Shown: positions 8,662-17,840 of the stretch, piece by piece
How the letters are laid out: each line of letters begins with the position of its first letter
How positions within the stretch are numbered: the stretch's first letter is position 1
Source: a virus
Taxonomy: Duplodnaviria > Caudoviricetes
Length of the DNA stretch: 64,000 nt
IMG/VR virus record: IMGVR_UViG_3300032277_002183
Coordinates: 147-64,146 of that record
Strand: one strand, 5' to 3'
The notes under the pieces: generated by a model
The model's input: the letters and a program-made list of their open reading frames with translations, nothing else
Told to the model about the DNA's origin: nothing
Databases searched by the model: none
Translations under genes and position numbers: made by a program

Positions 8662-10097
8662 AAGACGCAGCGGCTGAATCTGCTGTGCTTGCTGGTCTAT
8701 GTCAATATGGAATTGACGCAATGCTTGAGGTTGAGTATATCAGCACCGAGTATTTTATGGATCAGACCAACCAAGTTATCTTTGACTGCCTGAAGAAGTC
8801 TCTTGAGTCAACACAGAAGGCAGAACTTTCTTCGCTACTATCTGCTGCAAACCAGCTCAATCATTATGATGTAATCAAAGAAGAGGCTGGATACTTAAGA
8901 TACTTATTTGACACTCCGATTTTACAAGATAACATTCCTGTCAACGGAGCAAAATTAGCGAAGCTGAAGATAGCTCGTGATGTTAAGAAGACTTTGGCTA
9001 AATGCTCACTGGAGGTTGACAAAATTAATGGTGATGAAGACATCACTGAAATCATCTCTTTGATTGAGACCCCCATTTTAGATGCGACATCCAAAATATA
9101 TCAAGGCTCAGACAACAAGCCCAAGATCATTGGTGAAGATGTCAGCGAATATGTTGAGTTCTTAAAAGAGAATCAAAATGAAATGTTGGGCATCAGCACT
9201 GGCTTTCCTCGTTTCGATGAGGCTATCGGCGGAGGAATCCGTAGAAAGTGCGTAGATCTTGTCGCTGCAAGACCTAAAGTCGGTAAGTCGATGTTTGGTG
9301 ATGCTGTAGCGATGCATGTCTCCAGAAATCTAAACATACCAGTCTTGATGCTAGATACAGAAATGTCTAAAGAGGATCATCTTAATCGCATGCTTGCGAA
9401 TGTCAGTGGTGTTGAAATAAACAAGCTGGCGAGCGGCAAGTTCGCTAATAATGATCTAGACATTGAGAAAGTAGAGAAAGCCGCTGAAGAGCTTCAGAAT
9501 ATCCCATATCATTATGTTAGTATTGCTGGTCAGCCTTTTGAAAACATACTTGCGATTATGAGAAAATGGATTCATCAAGAAGTTGGGTTTGATGAGAATG
9601 GCAGAACAAATGATTGTATTATTATTTATGACTATTTGAAATTAATGAACTCCGCTAGTATTTCTAATTCTATGCAGGAGTTTCAAGTGTTGGGCTTTCA
9701 GATCACACAACTACATAACTTCTGTGTGAAGCATGATGTGCCCTGTTTGAGTTTTGTGCAGCTAAATAGAGATGGTATTACTAAGGAGTCTACAGATGTC
9801 GTTAGTGGGTCTGATAGGCTTATATGGTTATGTACTAGCTTCACAATATTTAAGATGAAGTCAGATGAAGAGATGGCGGATGACGGCGAAGATCATGGCA
9901 ATAGAAAGCTAGTACCGATTGTAGCTCGTCATGGAGCCGGATTAGATGACGGAGACTATATAAATATGAACATGTTTGGTAAATTTGGTAAACTTGTAGA
10001 AGGGCAAACAAGAAATGAAGCCCATAAAACAAGTAAAATTAAGGATGATGGTTTTGAACAAACGACTAACGAATCAACAGATCTTAGCAGTGTCTAA
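8628..10097 (+). CDS. dnaB: replicative DNA helicase DnaB
   Basis: AAAESAVLAGL N-domain, ISTGFPRFD, AARPKVGKS, LDTEM, IYDYLKL, FVQLNR. Start moved from 8547 to 8628 because the earlier part overlaps the 55-aa ORF. Confidence 0.92.
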   Translation: MVRIKQNENKLEDAAAESAVLAGLCQYGIDAMLEVEYISTEYFMDQTNQVIFDCLKKSLESTQKAELSSLLSAANQLNHYDVIKEEAGYLRYLFDTPILQDNIPVNGAKLAKLKIARDVKKTLAKCSLEVDKINGDEDITEIISLIETPILDATSKIYQGSDNKPKIIGEDVSEYVEFLKENQNEMLGISTGFPRFDEAIGGGIRRKCVDLVAARPKVGKSMFGDAVAMHVSRNLNIPVLMLDTEMSKEDHLNRMLANVSGVEINKLASGKFANNDLDIEKVEKAAEELQNIPYHYVSIAGQPFENILAIMRKWIHQEVGFDENGRTNDCIIIYDYLKLMNSASISNSMQEFQVLGFQITQLHNFCVKHDVPCLSFVQLNRDGITKESTDVVSGSDRLIWLCTSFTIFKMKSDEEMADDGEDHGNRKLVPIVARHGAGLDDGDYINMNMFGKFGKLVEGQTRNEAHKTSKIKDDGFEQTTNESTDLSSV

Positions 10098-11100
10098 CCA
10101 GCTCTCGACTAGAGTTGAAGACTTGCTAAAATACTTTGAAATTGATTACATTGAGTACCCAAACAGGTTGGCCTTCCCGTGTCCAATTCATGGTGGCGAT
10201 AATCCCGAAGGCTGTTCTATATTTACGGACGGGGTAAGCTCTAAAGGTAATTGGAATTGCTGGACTGCTAATTGTCATGAAGACTATGGAAAGAATACTT
10301 TTGGTTTTGTCAGAGGCTTGCTAACAAATAGAAAAGCCCGAGAAGTTGGAGTGTTGGAAACATTCTATTTTTGTAGTAAGTTCTTGGGATTAGATCCAGA
10401 AACTATAGAATTTGAACAGCCAGTAGAAAACTATAGCGTCGTAAAGATACTTGAGGTTTTTCAAAGAGAGCCCGTGCGACACGAACAGTCTGTAGATAGA
10501 GAGACAATAGTTGACAAGCTTGACATACCGTCTAAATATTATATTGATCGAGGATATAAATCAGAAACTCTAGAGAAATTTGATATCGGCATGTGCATAG
10601 GTAGGGGCAAGCCAATGTCTGGCCGTGTTGTGGTTCCGATTTATGATGAAAATAATAAGTATGTAGCATGTATAGGTCGGGCTGTTTACCAGAACATGAA
10701 ACCAAAATGGCTGCATAGCAAAGGGTTCAAGAAAAGTTCATATTTATATGGGTACAATGTGGCTAAAGATGATATAATGAAAAAAGGAACTATTGTTTTA
10801 GTAGAAGGTCAGGGTGATGTATGGAGAATGCATGAGGCTGGCGTTACCAATACGGTCGGCATTTTTGGAGCCAGTCTAAGTGAGGATCAGCTTATTCTAA
10901 TAGAAAGAAGCGGAGCCAGAAACGTAGTTATACTAACAGACTACGATGAGGCTGGTCAAAAAGCAGCAAAGCAAATACTAAAAAGATGCGGAAGACGATT
11001 CAATTACTACCGACCAGAAATCGACCAGAAGGACGTGGGAGATATGACAGTCGAACAAATACAAGATCAAATTATTAATAAGTTACAGGGAGTTTTATAG
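10045..11100 (+). CDS. DNA primase (CHC2-like zinc finger + TOPRIM)
   Basis: CPIH...WNCWTANC zinc finger; VLVEGQGDV, ILTDYDEAG and KDVGD TOPRIM motifs; start uncertain (10015-10048). Confidence 0.9.
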   Translation: MMVLNKRLTNQQILAVSNQLSTRVEDLLKYFEIDYIEYPNRLAFPCPIHGGDNPEGCSIFTDGVSSKGNWNCWTANCHEDYGKNTFGFVRGLLTNRKAREVGVLETFYFCSKFLGLDPETIEFEQPVENYSVVKILEVFQREPVRHEQSVDRETIVDKLDIPSKYYIDRGYKSETLEKFDIGMCIGRGKPMSGRVVVPIYDENNKYVACIGRAVYQNMKPKWLHSKGFKKSSYLYGYNVAKDDIMKKGTIVLVEGQGDVWRMHEAGVTNTVGIFGASLSEDQLILIERSGARNVVILTDYDEAGQKAAKQILKRCGRRFNYYRPEIDQKDVGDMTVEQIQDQIINKLQGVL

Positions 11101-11934
11101 ATGACAAGAATTTTGGCGTTTGCTGGCAGAAAACAGTCTGGTAAAAATTCAGCTTGCTCTTTCTTACACGGGTATCAAATGAGGTCTTACAATATTGTTA
11201 AAGACTTTGCAATTGATGAAGAAGGAAGACTAATAGTAGATACTGTCTCTACTGATGCTGATGGTTCTGACCAAACGAACAAAGGTGTTTTGGATGTTAC
11301 TAGAACAGACTTAGACTTTGGGTTATGGGCGGCTGAAAACATTTGGCCTTTCATCAAGCACTATTCTTTTGCAGGCGCTCTTAAAGAAATTTGTAGTGGA
11401 TTATTTGGTATTAGTCGAGCTCAGTGCTATGGTACAGATGTAGACAAGAATACACTGACTTGGTTCCGCTGGGAGAATATGCCCGGATACGAAGGGAACG
11501 ATGAAGGCAGAATGACAGCTAGAGAGTTTATGCAGTATTTTGGAACAGATGTTTGCAGAAAAATTCATCCTGACATTTGGACTGAACATACAATCAAGAA
11601 TATACGCACCGAAGAACCTTTAATAGCTGTTATCTCAGATTGCAGATTCCAAAATGAAGTTGACGCAGTGCAAAGGGCTGGAGGAAAAGTTATTCGGCTC
11701 ACTAGAGGTGTTGATAACGATGGACACAGTAGTGAGGCTGAAAGCGAACTTATAGAAAATTATGACGCCGTTGTAGATAATAAGGATTTAACTTTGCATG
11801 AGACTAATGTAGAGATAATGTCTGTACTTGAAAGCTGGGGTTGGCTCGGTAGTGTAATCGAAGCTACTGAACCTTCAGCACCACAAGAGGATGGGCCACA
11901 GATCGTTGGTGGCATCATGAAAATTAAGGAATAA
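11101..11934 (+). CDS. deoxynucleoside monophosphate kinase (T4 gp1-like)
   Basis: AGRKQSGK P-loop, SFAGALKE, AREFMQYFGTD, ISDCRFQNE. Confidence 0.85.
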   Translation: MTRILAFAGRKQSGKNSACSFLHGYQMRSYNIVKDFAIDEEGRLIVDTVSTDADGSDQTNKGVLDVTRTDLDFGLWAAENIWPFIKHYSFAGALKEICSGLFGISRAQCYGTDVDKNTLTWFRWENMPGYEGNDEGRMTAREFMQYFGTDVCRKIHPDIWTEHTIKNIRTEEPLIAVISDCRFQNEVDAVQRAGGKVIRLTRGVDNDGHSSEAESELIENYDAVVDNKDLTLHETNVEIMSVLESWGWLGSVIEATEPSAPQEDGPQIVGGIMKIKE

Positions 11935-11935
11935 T

Positions 11936-12949
11936 ATGTTAGTTACATACATAAGAAGTTCTAGTTATAATAATTTTGAGTACTGCCAGATGCAATATTT
12001 TATGACCTATGTTTTAGGTCATCAAACCACTTCAGGCAAGAAAGCTCAATTGGGAACGGTTGTACATAAGGTTATGGAAGTTTTGGCTGGATGTAAGAAA
12101 TTGCACCAAGACGGTCAAGAGCTATTGCTTAAGGATGACGCTATCGGAGAGGTCGAGTTTACCAAGCGTAGACTCGGAACAAAGAAATTTGTAAACGAAA
12201 TCCTTAAGCGTAGCTACGACCATTACACTGTACCATGCTCTCATCACTATACTAATGCAGACTATAAATTCTGTGATAAGACGACATGGGAAGCCCTAAC
12301 TTATGATGACGGCAACTTTGACCCAAGAAAACGTAACATTGTTGCGGCTGAGCCTCAATTTGATATTGCCATCGAAGAAGACTGGGCTAAATATGAATAT
12401 GATATGCCAGACGGAACAAAGGCAGAAGGCCAACTTGCTATCAAGGGTACGATTGACTTGGTAACAGAAGTATCTGATGGAGTAATTGAAGTTATCGACT
12501 GGAAGACAGGACGCCGACTTAACTGGGCTACCGGAGAGGAGAAGACTTATGAAAAGCTATGTAAAGATCCGCAGTTAATGTTGTATCACTATGCAATTTC
12601 TAAGCTTTTCCCTCAATATGAAGACGCAATTATGTCGATATATTTCATTAGAGATGGTGGCCCGTTTAGTATCTGTTTTGAAGAAAGTGACAGACAGAAG
12701 TTTTTGGGAATGCTAAAGGATAGATTTGAGGAAATCAAGAAGACGACTCGTCCAAGAATGCTATCTAGAAATCAGGCTCACTGGAAATGTACTAAGTTAT
12801 GTGACTTCTGTAAGACGGATTGGCCCGGAACTGATGAAAGCATGTGCCGACATGTCAGTAATCACTTAGACCAATTTGGTATGCTAGACACAATACAAAA
12901 CTGCACAAGAGAAGATTTCGATGTTGGATATTATGAGGCTCCCGGATAA
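11936..12949 (+). CDS. Cas4/AddB-like PD-(D/E)XK exonuclease with probable Fe-S cluster
   Basis: SSY...YCQMQY, G-x-x-VH, KGTIDLV, IDWKTG, QLMLY, C-terminal CTKLCDFC. Confidence 0.85.
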   Translation: MLVTYIRSSSYNNFEYCQMQYFMTYVLGHQTTSGKKAQLGTVVHKVMEVLAGCKKLHQDGQELLLKDDAIGEVEFTKRRLGTKKFVNEILKRSYDHYTVPCSHHYTNADYKFCDKTTWEALTYDDGNFDPRKRNIVAAEPQFDIAIEEDWAKYEYDMPDGTKAEGQLAIKGTIDLVTEVSDGVIEVIDWKTGRRLNWATGEEKTYEKLCKDPQLMLYHYAISKLFPQYEDAIMSIYFIRDGGPFSICFEESDRQKFLGMLKDRFEEIKKTTRPRMLSRNQAHWKCTKLCDFCKTDWPGTDESMCRHVSNHLDQFGMLDTIQNCTREDFDVGYYEAPG

Positions 12950-13464
12950 TGATTGAAGTAAAAATTACAGAAGAAATGAAAAAAAGCGCATGGGCAAAGT
13001 CTAGAGAGATGGGAGTCATAAAAAACTCCATCATGAAAGGCGACGGAAATATTGCTGGATTTCTAGGAGAAGAGGTTGCAAATGTAGTTATAGGTGGTAC
13101 AATTAATAACACTTATGATTATGACTTGGTTGCACAAGATGGAACTAAGTATGACGTAAAAACAAAGAGATGTACTTCTCCACCTAAACCTTATTATGAT
13201 TGTTCAGTCGCCAACTTTAATACAAAGCAAAAGTGCGACCGATATGTGTTTGTCAGGATTGAGAATAAGAACAAAAGATGGGGGAGAGCGTGGGTCTTGG
13301 GTTGGTTGACTCACGATGATTATTTTAAGAAAGCTCGCAAGCTAACAAAGGGTCAGAAAGATCCCTCCAATGGCTTTGTTGTTAGAGCAGATTGTCATAA
13401 TGTTGCTATTTCAGAATTGAATAAATTTAAGGATTGTCATGAATTGGATTCCACTAAACAATAA
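12949..13464 (+). CDS. restriction-endonuclease-fold (PD-(D/E)XK) protein
   Basis: GFLGEEV...YDL...YDVKTK. Confidence 0.55.
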   Translation: MIEVKITEEMKKSAWAKSREMGVIKNSIMKGDGNIAGFLGEEVANVVIGGTINNTYDYDLVAQDGTKYDVKTKRCTSPPKPYYDCSVANFNTKQKCDRYVFVRIENKNKRWGRAWVLGWLTHDDYFKKARKLTKGQKDPSNGFVVRADCHNVAISELNKFKDCHELDSTKQ

Positions 13465-15019
13465 AACTCACTTTAGTCTGCAAAGAGGCTACTCAAAGCC
13501 GGAACAACTTGTAGCCAAGTGTAAGAAGTTTGGCTACAAATCTTGTGCGATCACAGATATAAATACTATTTCTGGTGCTGTCGCCTTTTATAAAACTTGC
13601 AAGAAGAATGATATCAAACCTATTATTGGTTGCACATTTGAGTTTGAAAGTCATAAGCCAATGACACTATTAGCCAAGAACAAACAGGGTTGGTTTGATC
13701 TTATTGACTTAGTTTCTAAGAAAAACTCTTACAGTGATGACGTTGTCAACAAGCTTTTAAAGTCTCATAGCGAGAATCTAATATGTATTGACGATCTAAA
13801 GCAGCAGCCTAGTTATTATGCTGATACAAAAGATGCAGAATTACATCGAATACTTCTTTGCTCTGGAATGAAAACCACAATGGGCAAAGTTAAAGATAGA
13901 CTCAAGCAAGATGGTTTCAAAAAGTTAAAAGGCTTTTTTAGTTCAGACAAGTATTATATGATCTCGCCAGAAGAGGCGTCAAATCAATACACTGAGGATG
14001 TTATAACAAAAGCGTTTGAGATTTCTGAACAATGTGAGGAGTATGATATCTTAGGCAAGCCAATGCTTCCTAAGTTTGACTGTCCTGACGACTACACTGA
14101 AGATGAATATTTGAAACAGTTATGTAGGGACGGGTGGCGCAGTCTACTTGCTGAAACAGGAAAAATAGATAATGAAGACAGGAAACAAGAGTATCTTGAT
14201 AGAATCAAGAATGAAATGGATGTTATTTTTGATGCAGACTTGTCTGGTTATTTTCTAATCGTGCAGGACATTGTAAACCATGTTAGAGAACAGGGCTGGT
14301 TACCGGGCCCCGGAAGAGGTTCTGCTGCAGGATGTTTGATTTCTTATCTGATTGGGATTACAGAAATTGATCCCATTGAATATGATTTGATTTTTGAAAG
14401 ATTTTATAATGCAGGGCGTAACACTGAAGATCATGTATCCTTACCTGATATTGATGTTGACGTTCCAGCAGAAAAGCGAGATGAGGTTATTGGATATATT
14501 AAATCAAAGTATGGAGAAGATAATGTATCTCAGATGTTAACCTTTAATAAGTTACAGGGTCGAGCGGCATTAAAAGAAATAATGCGTATCACAAATGCTG
14601 TTTCTTTCGCTGAGATGAATGATATAACAAAGAATATTCCCAATGAAGCAGATGTCTCCGACCTAATTGAAGAAAGCGGTGAAAAATCACTAATAAAATG
14701 GACACTTACTTATCAGCCTAGCGATCTAGGAAAATGGTGTAAGGTTAATCAAGAAGGAGATTTAATCGGGCCTTTGGCAGAAATTTTTGAGCAAGCTATT
14801 GACATCGAGGGTACAATTAAATCACAGGGCAAACATGCGGCGGGAGTTATTATATCGGCTAATAAATTGAGAGAGGTTTGTCCTATGGTTCAAGATAGGC
14901 ACAAGAACCTTGTGGCTGGATTTGAAATGGGAGACCTTGAAGATCAAGGACATGTTAAATTTGATATTTTAGGCATCGACCTACTAAGTAAAATTATGGA
15001 GATTAAAGATGAGCACTAA
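13439..15019 (+). CDS. dnaE: DNA polymerase III alpha, N-terminal half (degenerate PHP + palm/thumb)
   Basis: AITD, KPIIG, YFLIVQDIV, GPGRGSAAGCLISYLIGIT, FERF, PDIDVD, GKHAAGVII, KFDILG; ends at a stop shortly after the third catalytic Asp. Confidence 0.92.
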   Translation: MNWIPLNNKTHFSLQRGYSKPEQLVAKCKKFGYKSCAITDINTISGAVAFYKTCKKNDIKPIIGCTFEFESHKPMTLLAKNKQGWFDLIDLVSKKNSYSDDVVNKLLKSHSENLICIDDLKQQPSYYADTKDAELHRILLCSGMKTTMGKVKDRLKQDGFKKLKGFFSSDKYYMISPEEASNQYTEDVITKAFEISEQCEEYDILGKPMLPKFDCPDDYTEDEYLKQLCRDGWRSLLAETGKIDNEDRKQEYLDRIKNEMDVIFDADLSGYFLIVQDIVNHVREQGWLPGPGRGSAAGCLISYLIGITEIDPIEYDLIFERFYNAGRNTEDHVSLPDIDVDVPAEKRDEVIGYIKSKYGEDNVSQMLTFNKLQGRAALKEIMRITNAVSFAEMNDITKNIPNEADVSDLIEESGEKSLIKWTLTYQPSDLGKWCKVNQEGDLIGPLAEIFEQAIDIEGTIKSQGKHAAGVIISANKLREVCPMVQDRHKNLVAGFEMGDLEDQGHVKFDILGIDLLSKIMEIKDEH

Positions 15020-15236
15020 AGAAGATTATAAGTCAGTTCTGTTTTCTGGCTGCGCGATTGAATATAAAAATGTTAGCCTTTGTGATCTAAGGCATTTTCT
15101 TCCTCAGTTCAGAGGTAGACTCAATGGCGTTTACCAAGTACATTCAGACAATAAAAAGAATTTGTATAGTAAGCTGTTTTATGACATTAATGAAGCAGTT
15201 GATAAATTTATTGAATTAAGAGGTGTTGTAAGATGA
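15009..15236 (+). CDS. small hypothetical protein within the polymerase locus
   Basis: 75 aa; overlaps the dnaE-N stop and the exonuclease start (ATGA). Confidence 0.65.
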   Translation: MSTKEDYKSVLFSGCAIEYKNVSLCDLRHFLPQFRGRLNGVYQVHSDNKKNLYSKLFYDINEAVDKFIELRGVVR

Positions 15237-15922
15237 ATTACAGAGATATAATTGTTTTTGACTTTGAAACAGGGTCTAGAAATCCACACAAGACACAACC
15301 GACACAAGTTGCCGCTATTGCTTTGCATGGACGCAAACTAACAATTCAGCCCAATGGTATTTTCAATAGCGAGATTAGACCTATTCTTGACGACAAGAAA
15401 GCGATTGAGGCTGGTTTTGATCCTCTAGAAGAAGAGGCACTGAAGATTACTGGTAAGACCAGAGAAGCTTTAGCAAAAGCTCCACTACCAAAGACTGTAT
15501 GGAAGAAGTTTGAAGATTTTTGCATGCAATTTAATTTCAAGAAAAGCTCTTACACTGCTCCTATTGCTGCAGGCTACAATATCATTGGCTTTGACTTACC
15601 AATCGTTCAGCGCATGTGTGACATGCACGGGACTACCGACTCAAGAGGTCGCCAGACTGTATTCAATCCTATCTTTAAGTTAGACTTGATGGACATGGTT
15701 TTCTCTTGGACTGAGAACAATAAAGATTTCAAGAGTCTTAGCATGGACTTTCTGCGAGACTATATGGGTTTTCCAGAAGAGAGCAAGCAGAACGCTCACG
15801 ATGCGTTACAGGACGTTAAAGACACGGCTAATATATTGATTAAATTTTTGAAGTTCCAGCGGAACATTTCACAGAAGACTAAATTTGAAAAGGCGTTTGC
15901 GAATGGAGAATTCTACGTTTAA
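15233..15922 (+). CDS. DEDDh 3'-5' exonuclease (DnaQ/epsilon-like)
   Basis: VFDFETG (ExoI), AGYNIIGFD (ExoII), HDALQD (ExoIII). Confidence 0.9.
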   Translation: MNYRDIIVFDFETGSRNPHKTQPTQVAAIALHGRKLTIQPNGIFNSEIRPILDDKKAIEAGFDPLEEEALKITGKTREALAKAPLPKTVWKKFEDFCMQFNFKKSSYTAPIAAGYNIIGFDLPIVQRMCDMHGTTDSRGRQTVFNPIFKLDLMDMVFSWTENNKDFKSLSMDFLRDYMGFPEESKQNAHDALQDVKDTANILIKFLKFQRNISQKTKFEKAFANGEFYV

Positions 15923-17465
15923 TATTGATGACTATAATGACTCTAATGTTTGGGATTTAATTTGTGAAGGACAAACAAAAGGTGTCTTTCAGTTAGAGTC
16001 GCAACTTGGTAGATCTTGGGCTAAAAGAGTTCAGCCTAGAAGTATCGAAGAACTAGCTGCTTTAATCTCTTTGATTAGGCCCGGATGTCTGAAGGCTTTC
16101 ACTGAAGGCAAATCAATGACACAGCATTATGTTGACCGTAAAGCTGGTATTGATGAGGTTAAGTATTTGCATCAAAATCTTGAACCAATTTTGAAAGAAA
16201 CTTATGGCGTTCTTGTTTATCAGGAACAGTCCATGAAAATCGCTCAACAGTTGGCTGGGTTTGATCTTAAAGAAGCAGACAGTCTTCGTAAAGCTATTGG
16301 TAAAAAGAAAGCTGGTCTTATGAATCAGATCAAAGGTTCTTTTATTCAAGGAGCTATTTCTATCGGTGGATTAGAAAAAGAAGCAGCAGAGGAAATCTTT
16401 GGTTGGATTGAGAAGTCTAATAGGTATGCCTTTAATAAATCTCACGCTGTTTCTTATGCTGTTAATGCTTACCGAAGCGCATATTGTAAGGTACACCGCA
16501 AGATGGAGTTCTTTGAAGCTTATCTTGGTCATGCAGATAGAAAGCCAGATCCCCACACAGAGGTAAGGGAATTGGTATCAGATGCCAAACTTTACGACAT
16601 AGAAGTCATGCCACCAAGACTTGGAAAGTTTTTTAATAACTTCACTATATCTGATGAGAAGATATATTTCGGAGTGAATAACGTTAAAGGTGTTGGCAGT
16701 TCTGAAACCGTAAAGTTGTTAGATGCCATACCAGAACTAGAAGAAAAATTGGAAAAGCCCTTTACTCACTTTTCTTGGTGTGATGTATTGTTCAATTTGG
16801 GCGCTAGGATAAACAAGACCTCAATGGAGTCCCTAATAAATGTTGGAGCCTTCAATGGAACTAAAAACCGCATGCATCGAAATCAGATGCTTTATGAATA
16901 CAAGAGCTACAAAGATTTATCTGCCAGAGAGAGATCATGGTTAGAAGAAAATTATGATCCAACCCATACGTTTGTGGAGTCTTTAGATAATATGATAAAT
17001 AATCTTAAGATTACCTCTCGCAGACTTGTAAAGGTTTTTGATTTGAGAAATGTTGTAGAGTCTCCTCCTTTTGAGTTAAATGATCACCCTGAACAAATCG
17101 CAGACTTAGAAATAAAGTTTTTAGGAACAGCTCTAAGTTATTCAAAAACCGATGCGGTAGAAAGTTCTTTAGTAAATTCTACATGTAAAGAAATAGCTCA
17201 AGGCAAAACAGGAAGCGTCAATCTTGCTGTTCATATTAATGCTTTGCGTGAGTATAAAACTAAGAACGGTAAAAATCCCGGACAGATAATGGCGTTTATG
17301 TCTGTTGAAGATTCGACAGCGTGTCTGGACTCTGCAATAGTGTTCCCAGATGCTTACGAAGAGAACAAGCAACTTCTATATGAGGGTAATACCGTCATTG
17401 TGATGGGTCAGGTTTCTAAGAAAAAAGACACTAGTTTGATAATAAACAAAGTGTCTCAAGCCTAG
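15903..17465 (+). CDS. dnaE: DNA polymerase III alpha, C-terminal half (fingers, HhH, OB-fold)
   Basis: GVFQLES, LIRPG, ETYGVLVYQEQ, ADSLRKAIGKK, YAFNKSHAVSY, NVKGVG HhH, MAFMSVED OB-fold. Confidence 0.92.
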   Translation: MENSTFNIDDYNDSNVWDLICEGQTKGVFQLESQLGRSWAKRVQPRSIEELAALISLIRPGCLKAFTEGKSMTQHYVDRKAGIDEVKYLHQNLEPILKETYGVLVYQEQSMKIAQQLAGFDLKEADSLRKAIGKKKAGLMNQIKGSFIQGAISIGGLEKEAAEEIFGWIEKSNRYAFNKSHAVSYAVNAYRSAYCKVHRKMEFFEAYLGHADRKPDPHTEVRELVSDAKLYDIEVMPPRLGKFFNNFTISDEKIYFGVNNVKGVGSSETVKLLDAIPELEEKLEKPFTHFSWCDVLFNLGARINKTSMESLINVGAFNGTKNRMHRNQMLYEYKSYKDLSARERSWLEENYDPTHTFVESLDNMINNLKITSRRLVKVFDLRNVVESPPFELNDHPEQIADLEIKFLGTALSYSKTDAVESSLVNSTCKEIAQGKTGSVNLAVHINALREYKTKNGKNPGQIMAFMSVEDSTACLDSAIVFPDAYEENKQLLYEGNTVIVMGQVSKKKDTSLIINKVSQA

Positions 17466-17501
17466 CTTGTAGTTAATATATAGTGTATTTGGAGTATTTT
17501 T

Positions 17502-17840
17502 ATGAATAATTGTAATTTTGTAGGTAGACTAACAGCAGATCCGGTCATCAAAGATGTTGGCTCAACTCAGCTGGCAACGTTTTCGTTAGCTATCGAAAAG
17601 CATAGAAAAGATAAGAACGGTAATAAGATTAAACGTGTTGACTTCTTTGATTTTTCTGCTTGGGATAGTGGAGCAACAACAATTCACAAGTTGTGCAAAA
17701 AGGGCGATATGATTGCTGTTTCTACTATAGCCAGACAGGAAAAATGGAATGACTCAAACGGTCAAGCAAGACAAAAGGTTACATTCAGGGTTCAAAATTT
17801 TAGAGTGTTTAAAGACAGACAAGATGATGAAGGAGAATAA
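17502..17840 (+). CDS. ssb: single-stranded DNA-binding protein
   Basis: NFVGRLTADP, FSLA, FFDFSAW, KKGD, W-x-D-x-x-GQ; short acidic tail. Confidence 0.92.
   Translation: MNNCNFVGRLTADPVIKDVGSTQLATFSLAIEKHRKDKNGNKIKRVDFFDFSAWDSGATTIHKLCKKGDMIAVSTIARQEKWNDSNGQARQKVTFRVQNFRVFKDRQDDEGE

Noticed and set aside
11936-12949. Cas4 as part of a CRISPR-Cas locus
   Set aside because: There are no cas1/cas2 or array nearby; stand-alone Cas4-like exonucleases are common in phage replication modules.
13439-17465. Split intein, group I/II intron or frameshift as the cause of the dnaE split
   Set aside because: There are no Hint motifs (C/S1, terminal HN) at either end, the canonical DnaE intein site is intact, and the gap is fully occupied by two coupled ORFs. 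The equal 526-aa lengths in the track are a coincidence of start choice.
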